A stretch of 64,000 bases of DNA from Octopus sinensis (lineage: Eukaryota). The translations under genes and the position numbers were made by a program. How positions within the stretch are numbered: the stretch's first letter is position 1; the number at the start of each line of letters is the position of its first letter. Shown in pieces: positions 15,724 through 28,584 of this stretch. The stretch lies in the NCBI RefSeq assembly GCF_006345805.1, contig NC_043007.1:55924001-55988000 (forward strand). Direction: 5' to 3'. The notes beneath the pieces were generated by a model. It worked only from the letters and a program-made list of their open reading frames with translations. It ran no database searches and was not told the origin of the DNA.

Positions 15724-17553
15724 AAATGCTTTAACTCTTTAATTAGTTTCAGCTTGGGAGCTGTGGCTATGTTGTGGCACATATATATATATATTATATA
15801 TATAATATATATGTATATGCACAAATGCAGATGTGTGCATAATATAACAGATCTATGTGTTATAAACTGCCAACATTAGCTACACCTTGACTTTTGAGCA
15901 TCCTTAGCAGAGTCCATTCAAAGCATATAATGTATTTATTCTGAGAAAACATGCTCTTCTTGCAGTGCTCCTTGTTATACCTTCTTTTAAGTTGCATCTA
16001 CAGAGTTACAGCCCGAGGAGGTTTCCCTATTTCTCAGCTGGTCTATATACTGCACCTAAACTCTATCTGGTTATGGCAGGTCAATGCAAGGCATGATAGC
16101 AGGTCATGAGTCATAATTTCTCAGGTCATGCTAACATTATATGAACTGCCTTTCCTCCTTTGATTAAACCATAAACAGAAATTAAAACTAACAACAATAT
16201 CACTGTTAATTAGCATTTTGCAGTTTCTTCATTATCTCCACAACAAATATATTTATTTGTGTGATTTTGTTTTATTGAATCTTCTTAAGCATGGTTTCTT
16301 CATTAAATTGTTGTTTTTGCTTTGTTGTCTATTTAAGTTCCAAGGACACAAAGAAATAATTGAAAAGTAATCTTAAAAACTGAAAAGAAAGGAAGTGAGA
16401 AAGAGAGTGGAGTAATGGTGGCACAGGAGTATGGAAGAGAGAGAGAGAGAGAGAAAGAGAGAGATGTGAGGTGAGGGAGGGAAACAAAAAGGTGTTGTGA
16501 TATGAGAATAGATTTATTGGGTGAATAGATTTGATGTTTGTTGGTCATTTACTGGTCACTGTTATTGCTTAAGAGAGCCGGTCAGAGTTTCAGTCTTTGA
16601 CTAGTGTCCAGTTACAAATCAGATTGTTTGTTTTAACAATAGTTTGCCATGGATAGAGGATGACAAAGGAAACATAAGGCAAATATATGCAAATCATATG
16701 TAATGATTGTATAACTTTGAATAATTAATTATTATAATGACCACTGCCACTACTAATGATATTCTTAATACTATATCCAACATCATCATCAACAAAAACA
16801 TTACAAGCACTGATAATGCATCTACTTGCTAACTGGTACATCTCATTAATGATTATTCTTTCTGGTGAAATGAATTAGCAGTGTCATACTATCTATACTG
16901 AAAGTACTACAGTTTACACTGTATGAATTAATGCATGTGTATATGTAGATATGTGTGTGTGTGTACATTGAGAGAGAGAGAGAGAGAGAAAGAGTGTGTG
17001 TGCATGTGTGAAATGTATTTATGTTCTAAGGAAAACACGGAGAAGGCTGGCAGTGGTCATATATATGTGTTGACAAATATCAAGTCAATAAAACACATCA
17101 AACACACACTCACAGAGAGAGAGGGGGGGTATTTTGTATCCATTTTCTTCATATGACATTGGGTGCATTGATTATATCTTGTTGGAACAATTATTTTTAC
17201 CACCAGATGTCTGTCCTTCTGCTTCCACTTAGCCTATAGAATAGGAGTGGGAGTCAACTTTTGTCTGTTAGTAAAATAGGAGTGAGCAGAGTGGTTATCT
17301 GCTTTGCTCAGTTGCATATCACTGTAGCTGTGTCACATTTCACAGACATTCTGCTAAATTATGTATACACACACATACACACATGCACTTGTTATCTCTC
17401 TCTTTCTCCCCCCTCTCTCTCTATTTATATATATGTATAGTTTATAGATGAGATCCAGATATTCTCCAATAGAATACATTTAGTAGTGCTCAAAATATTC
17501 AAACTTTAGTGGGTATAGAAGCAAATATTAGACAGATCAATATATTCAAAATA

Positions 17554-17767
17554 GGCACAGGAGTGGCTGTGTGGTAAGTAGGTTGCTTACCAGCCCCATG
17601 GTTCTGGGTTGAGTCACACTGTGTGGCACTTTGGGCAAGTGTCTTCTACTATAGCCTCGGGCCAACCAAATCCTTGTGAGTGGATTTGGTAGATGGAAAC
17701 TGAAAGAAGCCTGTCGTATATACTGATATATATATATATAAATAAATAAATATATATAAATACAAAC

Positions 17768-17802
<35 letters not shown>

Positions 17803-18060
17803 TATATATTTATATATATATATAGGTGTGTGTATACGTGTATGTTTGTGTGTGTGTTTGTCCTCCCCCCAACATTGCTTGACAACCGATGCTGTTGTGT
17901 TTATGTCCCCGTAACTTAGTGATTCAGCAAAAGAGACTGATGGAATAAGTACTAGGTTTACAAAGAATAAGTCCTGGAGTCGATTTGCTTGACTGAAGGT
18001 GGTGTTCCAGCATGTCCATGGTCAAAATGACTGAAACAAATAAGGGAATAAAAGAAAAGA
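17554..18060 (+). mobile_element. SINE family B, full length
   Basis: ggcacaggagtggctgtgtggtaag head through gactgaaacaaataagggaataaaagaa tail. Confidence 0.9.
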
Positions 18061-19086
18061 ATCATGTATGCATATAAAAAGGCCCAACTTACACAGAGTA
18101 CAATAGACAGAGAAAATTAAAGGGGTGGAACTCTATGTAAGTTGAACCTCTTTATATGTACACGTAAATACATATTTTGTATTTCATTCATTTAATATAC
18201 TCTAGATAATAATCTGTCTAATTTTATTATCTCCACATTTGTTTCTATATATATACCAAAATAAGCACATATATGTGAAACAATGTGGGAAAAAATAGTA
18301 CTCAAATTCTATAGTTGAATAATATGCTTTATTATTATTAAAGCTACAAAAACATCACAATAAACTGCTACTCCCATTTGTCAGACAGTTTAGATTCTCA
18401 ATCTAAACTGTCCGATCAGTCAACTTTAGGATCAGTCAACTGGTAAAATGTAGGTGGTTAGTCTATAGCAAAAACAAAGCTTGTATAGAAAATACAGATG
18501 ACTCAATGATAGATCAATAAAATTTATTAATCAATGCATCGAATACAGTTATCTCATATCAAGATTAAGCAGTAAACTGCAGTAAAGATGACAGGTGCTA
18601 CACAACTCCACATCAAAAATGGTAAACAATAATCAAATCTATAAATAAAACCTATAATACAACAGTATCAAAAGCACATTGTGGGAATCTTACATAGCAT
18701 TACTTTTTCATCAGGTAAATATAATTGTTTTGTTGAAAATAGCCTGCTATATGTACTTGGTGAAAAAGTACACTGGACGGGTGCAAGACATTTGTAATGA
18801 CACAAAGTAAGATACAAAGTAAACTGCAAAAAAGAAAAGAAAACAAAATTAAACAAAGTTGCAGTCTTATCTTGTATTTCTATATTTTGGGAAGAAGTTC
18901 CCTTCTTCAGGACATTTGGAAAAGCAAGGGACAGAAAAATTATTGCTCAGATGTGTGTGTGGGGGGGGGGGAAGAAGAAGAAGGTGGATGGTGACAAGCA
19001 CAAGCTGATGTTGCTATAGTAATCAGTTTCTTCATGTAGTTCCTTTCTGTTGTTAATGACATATATCTGTGTACAGACATACATAA

Positions 19087-19123
<37 letters not shown>

Positions 19124-19289
19124 GTGAGAGAGAGAGAGAGGGAGGGAAAGAGAAGGGGGAGAGAAAAGGTGAGACAGAGAGAGAGAGAGAGTGAAGAACA
19201 GGTATGACAGTTTGGTTAACACACTTGCTTCAGAAGTTTGTGTATGTGTGCTTATTTGTATGTACTTGTTTCTTAAAAGATGATTGTAA

Positions 19290-19461
19290 ATGAGCATCAC
19301 TGTTATACAAGTGATGTTTTCCATTTCCAGTCTTCCATGAAAAAAATGTCTGGCCATGGGGAAATACTGCCCTTGCTTGGAAGCAGGTCAGTGTCATCAA
19401 CAGGAACAAAATCTGGTCAACAAAAATCTGCCCTCTACCAAATTACATCTGACCTACGCAA
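19290..19461 (+). mobile_element. SINE/RTE-tail related repeat running into the gap
   Basis: Ends aaatctgccctctaccaaattacatctgacctacgca, resembling the 3' part of family C. Confidence 0.45.
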
Positions 19462-19561
19462 NNNNNNNNNNNNNNNNNNNNNNNNNNNNNNNNNNNNNNN
19501 NNNNNNNNNNNNNNNNNNNNNNNNNNNNNNNNNNNNNNNNNNNNNNNNNNNNNNNNNNNNN
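19462..19561. other. assembly gap (100 N)
   Basis: Run of N. Confidence 1.
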
Positions 19562-19789
19562 CATTAGGTATGATGAAAAAACATTCAGACAAATATATAA
19601 CAGGAACACCAGGACTTACAAGTATATATAGCATACAGAAAATAGCACTACTGGGCAACACACACACCCTATGTACAGCACTTTCAATACAGTGATAATA
19701 AGAGCACCACAACAAGCCACAGCACATACCTAAAGCACACAGAGCTGCAATTGGTAGTACAGTAAAAGAATGTGATAAAAATAAGACTA

Positions 19790-19837
19790 CTGAATAATAA
19801 TAATTATAATAATAATAATACTATTATAATAATAATA

Positions 19838-19869
<32 letters not shown>

Positions 19870-19876
19870 TAATAAT

Positions 19877-19930
<54 letters not shown>
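19790..19930. repeat. (TAA)n microsatellite
   Basis: Direct reading, ~140 bp. Confidence 0.95.
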
Positions 19931-19933
<3 letters not shown>

Positions 19934-20048
19934 GATGACTAGTAAACAAGTGTCACCTTAGTCTGCTGGTTATGGATTGCTGACAGTTTCCATCAGATCC
20001 AGGAAAAAAAGCTGAGAGTTTTCATCAAATAATAACAATAATAATAAT

Positions 20049-20253
20049 CTTTTCTACTAAAGGCACAAGGCCTGGAATTTTGAGGGCTGGAGGCTTGTTG
20101 ATTACATTGACCCTGATGCTCAACTGACGCTTATCAATCCTGAAGGGATGAAAGGTAAAGTTGACCTCGGCAGAATTTGAACTCAAAATTAAAAGCTGGA
20201 AGAAATGGCACTAAGCATTTTGTCCAACTCACTAATGATTCTGCCAGTTTACC
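20049..20253 (-). mobile_element. SINE family A (CpG-decayed)
   Basis: ctttctactaaaggcacaaggcctg...gatgaaaggtaaagttgacctcggcagaatttgaactc. Confidence 0.85.
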
Positions 20254-20419
20254 ACCACCACCACCACCAACAATTATAATAATAATATACAGTAGGAGAA
20301 TATGGTTATACATTAATTTTAAAACTATTTATTTCAATTATTTCTCAAGTTTCAGCTATAAATGTTGATGTCATTGCAGTGCATAGCAATGTACACAAGC
20401 ACACACATACATAAATAAC

Positions 20420-20451
<32 letters not shown>

Positions 20452-20533
20452 GTATGTGTGTATATATATATATCTATACATCTATATGTATATCTTTGTA
20501 TGGATGAATGTATGTATGCATGCATGTATGCAT

Positions 20534-20697
20534 GTTCCGAGTTCAAATTCCGCCGAGGTCGACTTTGCCTTTCATCCTTCCGGGGTCGATAAATTAAGTA
20601 CCAGTTACGCACTGGGGTCGATGTAATCGACTTAATCCGTTTGTCTGTCCTTGTTTGTCTCCTCTGTGTTTAGCCCCTTGTGGGTAGTAAAGAAATA
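20534..20697 (+). mobile_element. SINE family A, young 5'-truncated copy with tail A
   Basis: gagttcaaattccgccgaggtcgactttgcctttcatcc...gtgggtagtaaagaaata followed by (TATC)n. Confidence 0.9.
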
Positions 20698-20779
<82 letters not shown>

Positions 20780-20814
20780 TCTGTCTGTGTGTTTGTCTGT
20801 CTGTGTGTCTGTGT

Positions 20815-20845
<31 letters not shown>

Positions 20846-21285
20846 CGTCTGTCTGTCTGTCTATCTATCTATAATGTAAGAGTTATAAAGTATATTAAAA
20901 AATTTTATCCATGTTTCATTAAATACACAGTTATGTTCAAGTTTTATCTTTTACATTTAAAATTTTTCACATTTTATTACTAGATTCTTGCACATGGTTT
21001 GGGACAGTATAATTCCTGAATCCATATGTCTTATATAGTACAAGTTATTTCTTTTATTCCATGGCAGTGGCACATTTCTTGAAATGTTTACTGACCCTAA
21101 TACATTTAACATCTAAAAGTAATGCCACTACTACTGCTACTACCAATACTACTACTACTACTGCTAATAATGATGATGATTATGATGATGATGATGATGG
21201 TGGTGGTGAATACGATAACAACAACAACAACAACAACAATAATAATCAGGATAATAATAATTAACTGAAGTGATATAGAGACTTA

Positions 21286-21974
21286 GGAACAAGCTGTTAT
21301 GATAGGTTTGATAAAGGCAAAGATTGAAAACTCAGAACAAATGCAGAATCTGTGGCAAAATAGACAACAATATTAAAAATCTCTTGAGTGAATGCAGTAA
21401 GCTAGCACAAAAATGAGTATCAGTGGAGGCATGACTGTGTAGACAACAGAGCATATTGAGATGTTAGCTGAGTGTGTGGCTTAGGAATATCAGAAAACTA
21501 GCATGAATACAAACTAGAGGCTGTGCTAGAGAATGAGAATTATAAGATTCTAACGGACTTCCCTATAAAGACTGACAACACTCTTGAAGCAAGGAGCCCA
21601 GATATGATTATATAGGACAAAATAAATAAACAATGTAAGATCATAGACTTTGAAATACTATATGAAAACAGGGTGGATGCTAAAGAAATTTTAGAAATTG
21701 AGAATTATCAGGATCTAGCTGAAGAGCTGAAGAGATTCTGGAAGACTAAAACATCAGTTAATCCTGTAGTAATTGGTGTACTTGGCACAAGAACCAGCAT
21801 GCTACCTAGGAGACAGAAGAATATTGGAATTGAGGCTCAAATGGTTGACTTGCAGAGAAATATAATCCTGTATTCTGCAAAAATCCTAAAAAAGGTTCTG
21901 AACTTTTGAGGAGGCTTGATGTCACCGACCTCAAATCAGCACACCTGCTAGCTAAATTAGAATGTACTAGCATG
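21286..21974 (+). mobile_element. 3' fragment of an R4/Dong-clade non-LTR retrotransposon (zinc knuckle plus restriction-like endonuclease)
   Basis: CRICGK...LLSECSKLAQ, WRHD, ILTDFPIKTDNTLEARSPDMII, KIIDF, YQDLAEELKRFWK..VNPVVIGVLG...ILKKVLNF*, with stops and frameshifts; ~65-bp 3'UTR then (TAC)n(TAA)n. Confidence 0.88.
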
Positions 21975-21994
21975 ATACTACTACTACTACTACA

Positions 21995-22043
<49 letters not shown>

Positions 22044-22103
22044 TACTACTACTACTACTACTATACTACTACTACTACTACTAATAATAATAATAATAAT
22101 AAT

Positions 22104-22280
22104 CCTTTCTACTAAAGGCACAAGGCCTGAAATTTTGGGGGAGGGGGTTGGTCGATTACATTGACCCCAGTGCATAACTGACATTTATTTCACTGACCTG
22201 GAAAGGATGAAAGGTAAAGTCAACCTTGGCAGAATTCAAACTCAGAACATAAAGACAGACAAAATGCCACTAGGCATTAA
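22104..22280 (-). mobile_element. SINE family A (strongly CpG-decayed)
   Basis: Nearly every consensus CpG read as TG/CA, e.g. gtcaaccttggcaga for gtcgacctcggcgga. Confidence 0.85.
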
Positions 22281-23408
22281 ATTTCTAAAAAACAATGAAC
22301 TGATGTTGTCATTGGACTTTACAAGCCCAAAAGTGAGTAGAACATAGCAGACCAGGTATTGCAGTCTTTGACAGGAAGAAGGTATGTATTGTAATGAATG
22401 TGGCATGTCCATTATCTGGATAATTCTCAATGCCACGTGAAAGCAAATAAGAAAAGCAGAAAAAAACTTTTATACAGAATGTACAAAATGCCCTTTATCC
22501 TAGCCAATGAGCTGTGGTTTGATAAAAAGCATAAATAGAGCACAGCACATATACTGTGAAACAAATTGATGCTGATAATAATAATAACAATAACAATAAC
22601 AACAATAATAATAACAGAAGGGAAAGAACAAAAACACGCAGAGCAGAGGAAGGAGAAAAACAGAGATAGCAGAGAGGTAGCAAAAATTGGTATTAATAAT
22701 ATCTTAATAATAATAATAGTGTGCTACTTTGCAATGTAGACACCACAACACAGAATGATGTTATGTTGAATGTGTTATTTTGTATGTGTCAATGTTATGT
22801 TGCATGTGTTGATGTGTTGGAAAGACTTGCACAAACTCTTCAAGCCTACACAACGACAAAGAAAAGAAACAGCAAAGAACAAGTGCAAAACCATAAAAAA
22901 ATAATCTTGATTTTAAAATAATTTCTCTGATTAATCGTCAATGTCCAAAGAAATAGCTTCTGTTTGTTATGGTTGTAGAGTAAAATTTAAAAGAAACATT
23001 CGAACACACACACACAACATTTTTATTCATTCATTCTTATTGTCTTAATATTCTTCAATGATGATTTTTCTGACAGTTATATCAATTTTTTGTTTGCACA
23101 TGTGTACATATATATATATACACAAACATATATTGTTTTTGTGTGTACACACATATATACATGAATATATATGTACATTTACTTAGATACACACAGAGAC
23201 ACACAGACACACACACACACACACACACAAGAATTTAAAGTAACGAGGGAATAAGAATTCATGTCATAAACTTCATCAGCTTACAACTGTTTCTGCTCTA
23301 AGGTGCTATGCACTCATAGTTTAGTGCTTGCATATCAGCCCATAGCTTTATTGGAGCTACAAAAATGAAGTGCAATTTTATTTAGAAAAGCGTTTAGATG
23401 TGTGTGCA

Positions 23409-23469
<61 letters not shown>

Positions 23470-23639
23470 GCTAGGTGTGTTGAAACAATTGTCTTGATTA
23501 ATAAAACTCTCGTATCTTCCCTCCTCCGTCTTTCATTTACTATATATATATGCATATATGTATATATATATATACACACACACACATTCAGAAAGAGAAA
23601 AGCTTTGCCACTGAAAAAGCATAACCATATGTAAGAAAT

Positions 23640-23935
23640 GAAGTCAGGAGTTTGAAGGCATTTATACTCCCCTTACAATCAACCAAATGAAAACTTGCAA
23701 TATGTCTACTCAGAATCCAATCATCCTAGACCAATCATGAATCAAATAGTTAAAAAATGGATTTGTTCCAGTCTCTAAGTTATCTGCAGATAAACAAATT
23801 ATTAACAACATAGCTGGATATTACAGTGAGTCTGTTAGTAGAAGTGGATATAAAGAAAAGATCATTTATATGGTGAACCCAATGACCATATATCACACAA
23901 GGATTCACACTGAAAGTGTGGAAAAATGAACACAT
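23640..23935 (+). pseudogene. Penelope-like RT C-terminal (thumb) fragment
   Basis: ...ENLQYVYSESNHPRPIMNQI... and SADKQIINNIAGYYSESVSRSGYKEKIIY, resembling the Penelope SNHP...ALxxSGY motif. Confidence 0.65.
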
Positions 23936-24273
23936 AAATTTCTTGCACCTAAACACACCAAATTGTCTTACACAGACTTGGTTAACTCTAAATTCCCCCA
24001 TTTAAGACTACTATAGGTTCTATTTGTAATAAAACTACTTACAACTCCAACAGCACTACCATTAAGAAAAAAAAATAGAAATAGGAAAATTATCTGGTAT
24101 AATCTCCCACATAATCTCTTGGTTAAAACTCATCTGTCTTCACTCTTTTAGCAGAAACAGCTCTGAGCTAATGAAGTCAAGACATAACTTTATATTCTGT
24201 TGTCAACTTTTAATTTCTTATTACTGCTCTCTACTTGACTGACATTTTGTTCTGAAGCATACACACACACACA

Positions 24274-24427
24274 CGATGGGCTTCCTTTAATTTCCGTTTA
24301 CCAAAATCACTCCTGAGGCTTTTGTCAGCCCAAGGCTACAGTAGAATACACTTACCCAAGGTGCCATGCAGCAGGACTGAATCCAAGACCATGTGACTGA
24401 GAAGCAAACATCTTATTATGCAGCCAC
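24274..24427 (-). mobile_element. SINE family B fragment
   Basis: Revcomp of ccttgggtaagtgtattctactgtagcc and head. Confidence 0.75.
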
Positions 24428-24434
24428 TTGATAT

Positions 24435-24470
<36 letters not shown>

Positions 24471-24571
24471 TTTCGATCAGAGGTTGTATTAACCTCATGA
24501 CAGGATGGGTTCATCCAAGGAAATACTGGTTCAATATCTAGTATTTGGGGGGAATTAATTTCCTTAAAATA

Positions 24572-24612
<41 letters not shown>

Positions 24613-24884
24613 CATATAGTTTATATTCATATAAAATAAGAAAAAGAAAATGAAGATTGGGAAGTTAATAATTGTTTATTATTAACAGCAAATTAATCTT
24701 CTTCACTTACAGCTGTTTCTGCTATATAGAAGTGCACTCAGAGCTGAGTGCTTGTACAATGTCCTATAGCTTCCTCAGAGCCCTATACATACTGACATAC
24801 ATACATACATACATACATGCATACATACATATATATATATATGTGTGTATGTATGTATTATATATATATGTATATATAGTTAAT

Positions 24885-25085
24885 CCAAACAAGAAAACAC
24901 AAAAAAACACAACGCGAGGACATGGAACAAATATAGTATTATTGGACGCTCAGGAAAGAAGGGAAGAAGGAGGGTTTAACGTTTCGAGCAAAGCTCTTCG
25001 TCAGAAACATGGGAGAAGGAAAGATCCCGAGAAGGGAAGACAGAGGAATAAAATCGCTAACGGTACACACAAGGTCACATTTTGA
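24885..25085 (-). mobile_element. Penelope-type pseudo-LTR-like element, copy 2, with intact minimal hammerhead core
   Basis: Minus strand 25008-24974: GTTT-CTGACGA-A-GAGC-TTT-GCTC-GAAAC-GTT-AAAC. Confidence 0.75.
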
Positions 25086-25134
25086 AAGACCGGAATCACT
25101 CCAGAGAGCAATTACTAAATAAATAAATGGCATG

Positions 25135-25450
25135 ATTGATCTTGATTGAGATTGCCTTAAAAAACTGAAACTTTATTCTCTCCAACATTGCCATAAGTGT
25201 TAAATCATTTGTACAATGCAGAGAATATACCACCAGCATTACCCAAAGGACTGTAATATGAAAGTCAGAATTCATCCAAGGCTGGGATTCTGTGCCATAT
25301 ACCCCCTACACAATACAGATTTACAACACATAACCACATTGCAACATAAATACTTTTCCTCAACAGGCCCTACTCTATTTAATAACACCCAAAATCAGAG
25401 AAGAAAAAGATCCCATCATCTTTGAACAACATCTGGACGAATTTCACACT
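25135..25450 (+). pseudogene. CR1/L2-type LINE ORF2 C-terminal fragment
   Basis: LKKLKLYSLQ...IYHQHYPKDCNMKVRIHPRLG...KYFSSTGPTLFN, typical of the LxLYSLxRRR / FxxxGPxLFN end. Confidence 0.65.
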
Positions 25451-26114
25451 CACATGCTCCCTTATAAATAACAAAACTAGTTCTATTCCCATATGTATGT
25501 GTGTTTATGTATGTATGTGTATGTTATAATTGTAATGTTGTATCAAGAAACATGGTTACATGTATTTAACATCTATGTATGTATTTATAAATCAATATAG
25601 TTACCTACATATATATCTGTTTATATATCTCTCTACTGAATTTACTATGCAAAATGGAAAGTCATGAGTCAAATATATTTGCAAGTTGGTTCGATTCTCT
25701 CTCAGAAATGAGAAATCAGTAATCAGAGTATTGTTAAGAGAGATGAAAAAATAAAAAAGCATGTATTATACAGAGATGTAGATTAGTTAGATAAATAAAC
25801 ATGTGGAAGACTGACAGAACTGGATGGAGAAACAAAGAGAAAGAGAGAGGGAGAGAAGATAAAGACAGATTGAAGGAGAGAGAAATGTGTGTGGGTATCA
25901 AAACAAAATGGGGAGATGAAGGTAAATGAAGAGGAGAACTGGTGGTAAAGTTTTTATTAAGATTCAAGAAAAGAGTGTGAAATTATGAGATTAATGAGTG
26001 AGATTAGAATAACTGAAAGATATGAATACAAGAAAATAGAGTAAAACTTGAAGCAAAAGCAAAGGTGCTGAAATACAGCTGGACATTTTTATATGTACCT
26101 ATAGACTATAGAAA

Positions 26115-26155
<41 letters not shown>

Positions 26156-26262
26156 ATGTCTGTATGTGTGTGTGTGTGTGTGTGTATACTGAGAGAGAGA
26201 CAGACAGAGACAGAGGGGACGAGAGATAGATTTAGATTCAGATATTGATGCATGTGTATGTG

Positions 26263-26310
<48 letters not shown>

Positions 26311-26442
26311 CTTATATATTTATATATAGATATATATATATATATACATATATATATACACACAAATATATATACATATATATACACATACATATATATA
26401 TATATATATTATATATTGTATATGTATATACACACACAATAT

Positions 26443-26498
<56 letters not shown>

Positions 26499-26850
26499 AA
26501 TTGATGGAATGGAGCAGGTAAAATCCAGGCTACATTTCCTAGCTAGCAGAACCTCAGAAGTAATAATTACTCAATGAAGGGTGCTCCACTAGCTACCCAT
26601 CAGGCCAAAGATACTTCAGTTAAATGAAAGTTACATTGTTGTCAAGAGATCTCAAGTGAACTTGCAGGAGATAGAACTTTGATATGGGGAACACCTACAA
26701 TATTCTACAGCAATAAACTGATATTGTTCCTGAAAGATGTTTTTTTATACATACCATGGACTGCTTGAAGCTTACTAACTCTCTACACCTGGATCCTTGG
26801 ATCTTTGTTCTGACTACTGTGAACACTATATATATGTATGTATATATATA

Positions 26851-26897
<47 letters not shown>

Positions 26898-28026
26898 AGT
26901 ACAAAAGTTGTGATGAGATAATAGAGAGTTATCCATTCTGTTCTCGTGAAAACTTTAAGAATGATACATAGCATGAATGATATAAGTATATCTATATGTG
27001 TAGATATATAGTGTTGAAAGCCAAATGGTTATAATAGGTGTGGTTATTATACCATAAATCATGTATACATAAATGATATAGCCATGATAACAGAAAAAAA
27101 AGCAGCAAGAAAGGAAAAATTTTATTTACACAAAGTATACAGTTATTGTGCTATTATACTCTTGGGAATTATGTCTGATAATGAGAAATGTGACTGCATT
27201 ATAATGGTCTTGGAACAATAAGAGAATTGCTTGATATTTTAATAGAAAAAAAATAGGCTTGGAACAAAGTTCCATGAAATAATATGTCTACTGTCATATA
27301 AAATGTGCATATATATATATGTATAATGTATGTATATGTATATATGTATATATCTTCACATGTGTGTAAGCTTGTGTGTATGTGTGCACATGCCAGCATA
27401 CAAGTATGAGTAGCTATTTAAATGATGCATAATAAATGCTCATACATTCATGCTTGTACAAACTAATATTACTACACACATATACAAGCACACACAGTCA
27501 ATCACAACTGTGTATTTCATATATGCATAAGTGATAACCTGGATATGTCTGTGAATTTAAAAAGAAAAATAATGGATAACAGTTTAAAGCTTTGGGTAAC
27601 ACATAATGTGAAAATCTGATTATATATCCCATTATCTCAAAACCCATTCTTCATATCCCATGGATAAATATGGTAAATGTGTTGAGATTAAATCTGGGTT
27701 TGTAGTAAGTGGGCAATGGAAATATTTCCTTTTTCCACTTTGTTTAGTGTATGTTTGTCATATGCTATGGAACTGTTCTTTTAATATTCTGAGAAGGTTG
27801 GTTGACTAAACAAGATTGTAGCACTGTGACTGTACAGAGTCTACAATCCTGGTCAGCATGCTTAGATTTGATGTTTTCTAATGTGTATGTTGAACACCTT
27901 CATAGTTTTTCATGATCAAGTATAAACAAATATAATACATCCATCCATATATATATATAACTATATATATATTCTTATTCTAGCAGTTACACTTTCAATG
28001 CACCCCCCCCACTACTGACATGGTCA

Positions 28027-28580
28027 CCTAGATAATGGAAGCTAAGTTTAGGGAGCTCTTACCTCTGCTGGTGACTAAAGGCCTCTCTCTTAGAGTAAAA
28101 GGCAGACTGTATGATGCATGTGTACGAACAGCCATGCTACATGGTAGTGAAACATGGGCTGTGACTGCTGAGGACATGCGTAAGCTCACGAGGAATGAAG
28201 CCAGTATGCTCCGATGGATGTGTAATGTCAGTGTACATACTCGACAGAGCGTTAGTACCTTGAGAGAAATGTTGTACCTAAGAAGCATCAGTTGTGGTGT
28301 GCAAGAAAGACGATTGCGCTGGTATGGTCATGTGGCGAGAATGGATGAAGATAGGTGTGTGAAAAAGTGCCAATCCCTAGCAGTTGAGGGAACCCGTGGA
28401 AGAGGTAGACCCAGGAACCTGGGACGAGGTGTGAAGCACGACCTTCGAACTTTAGGCCTCACTGAGGAAATGACCAGCGAACCGAGACCTTTGAAATATG
28501 CTGTACATGAGAAGACCAGGCAGGACAAGTGAGCCCAGCCCACTTATGCATGCCTTTCCTCCCTTGGACACAAAGACCTG
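28027..28580 (+). mobile_element. 5'-truncated RTE LINE 3' end (ORF2 C-terminus)
   Basis: ORF 28035-28532: KFRELLPLLVTKGLSLRVKGRLYDACVRTAMLHGSETW...RRLRWYGHVARM...GTRGRGRPR. Confidence 0.92.
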
Positions 28581-28584
28581 TTGA

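Noticed and set aside
19331-19386. Exon-like segment with good AG/GT sites
   Set aside because: Lies within a SINE/RTE-tail-like repeat.
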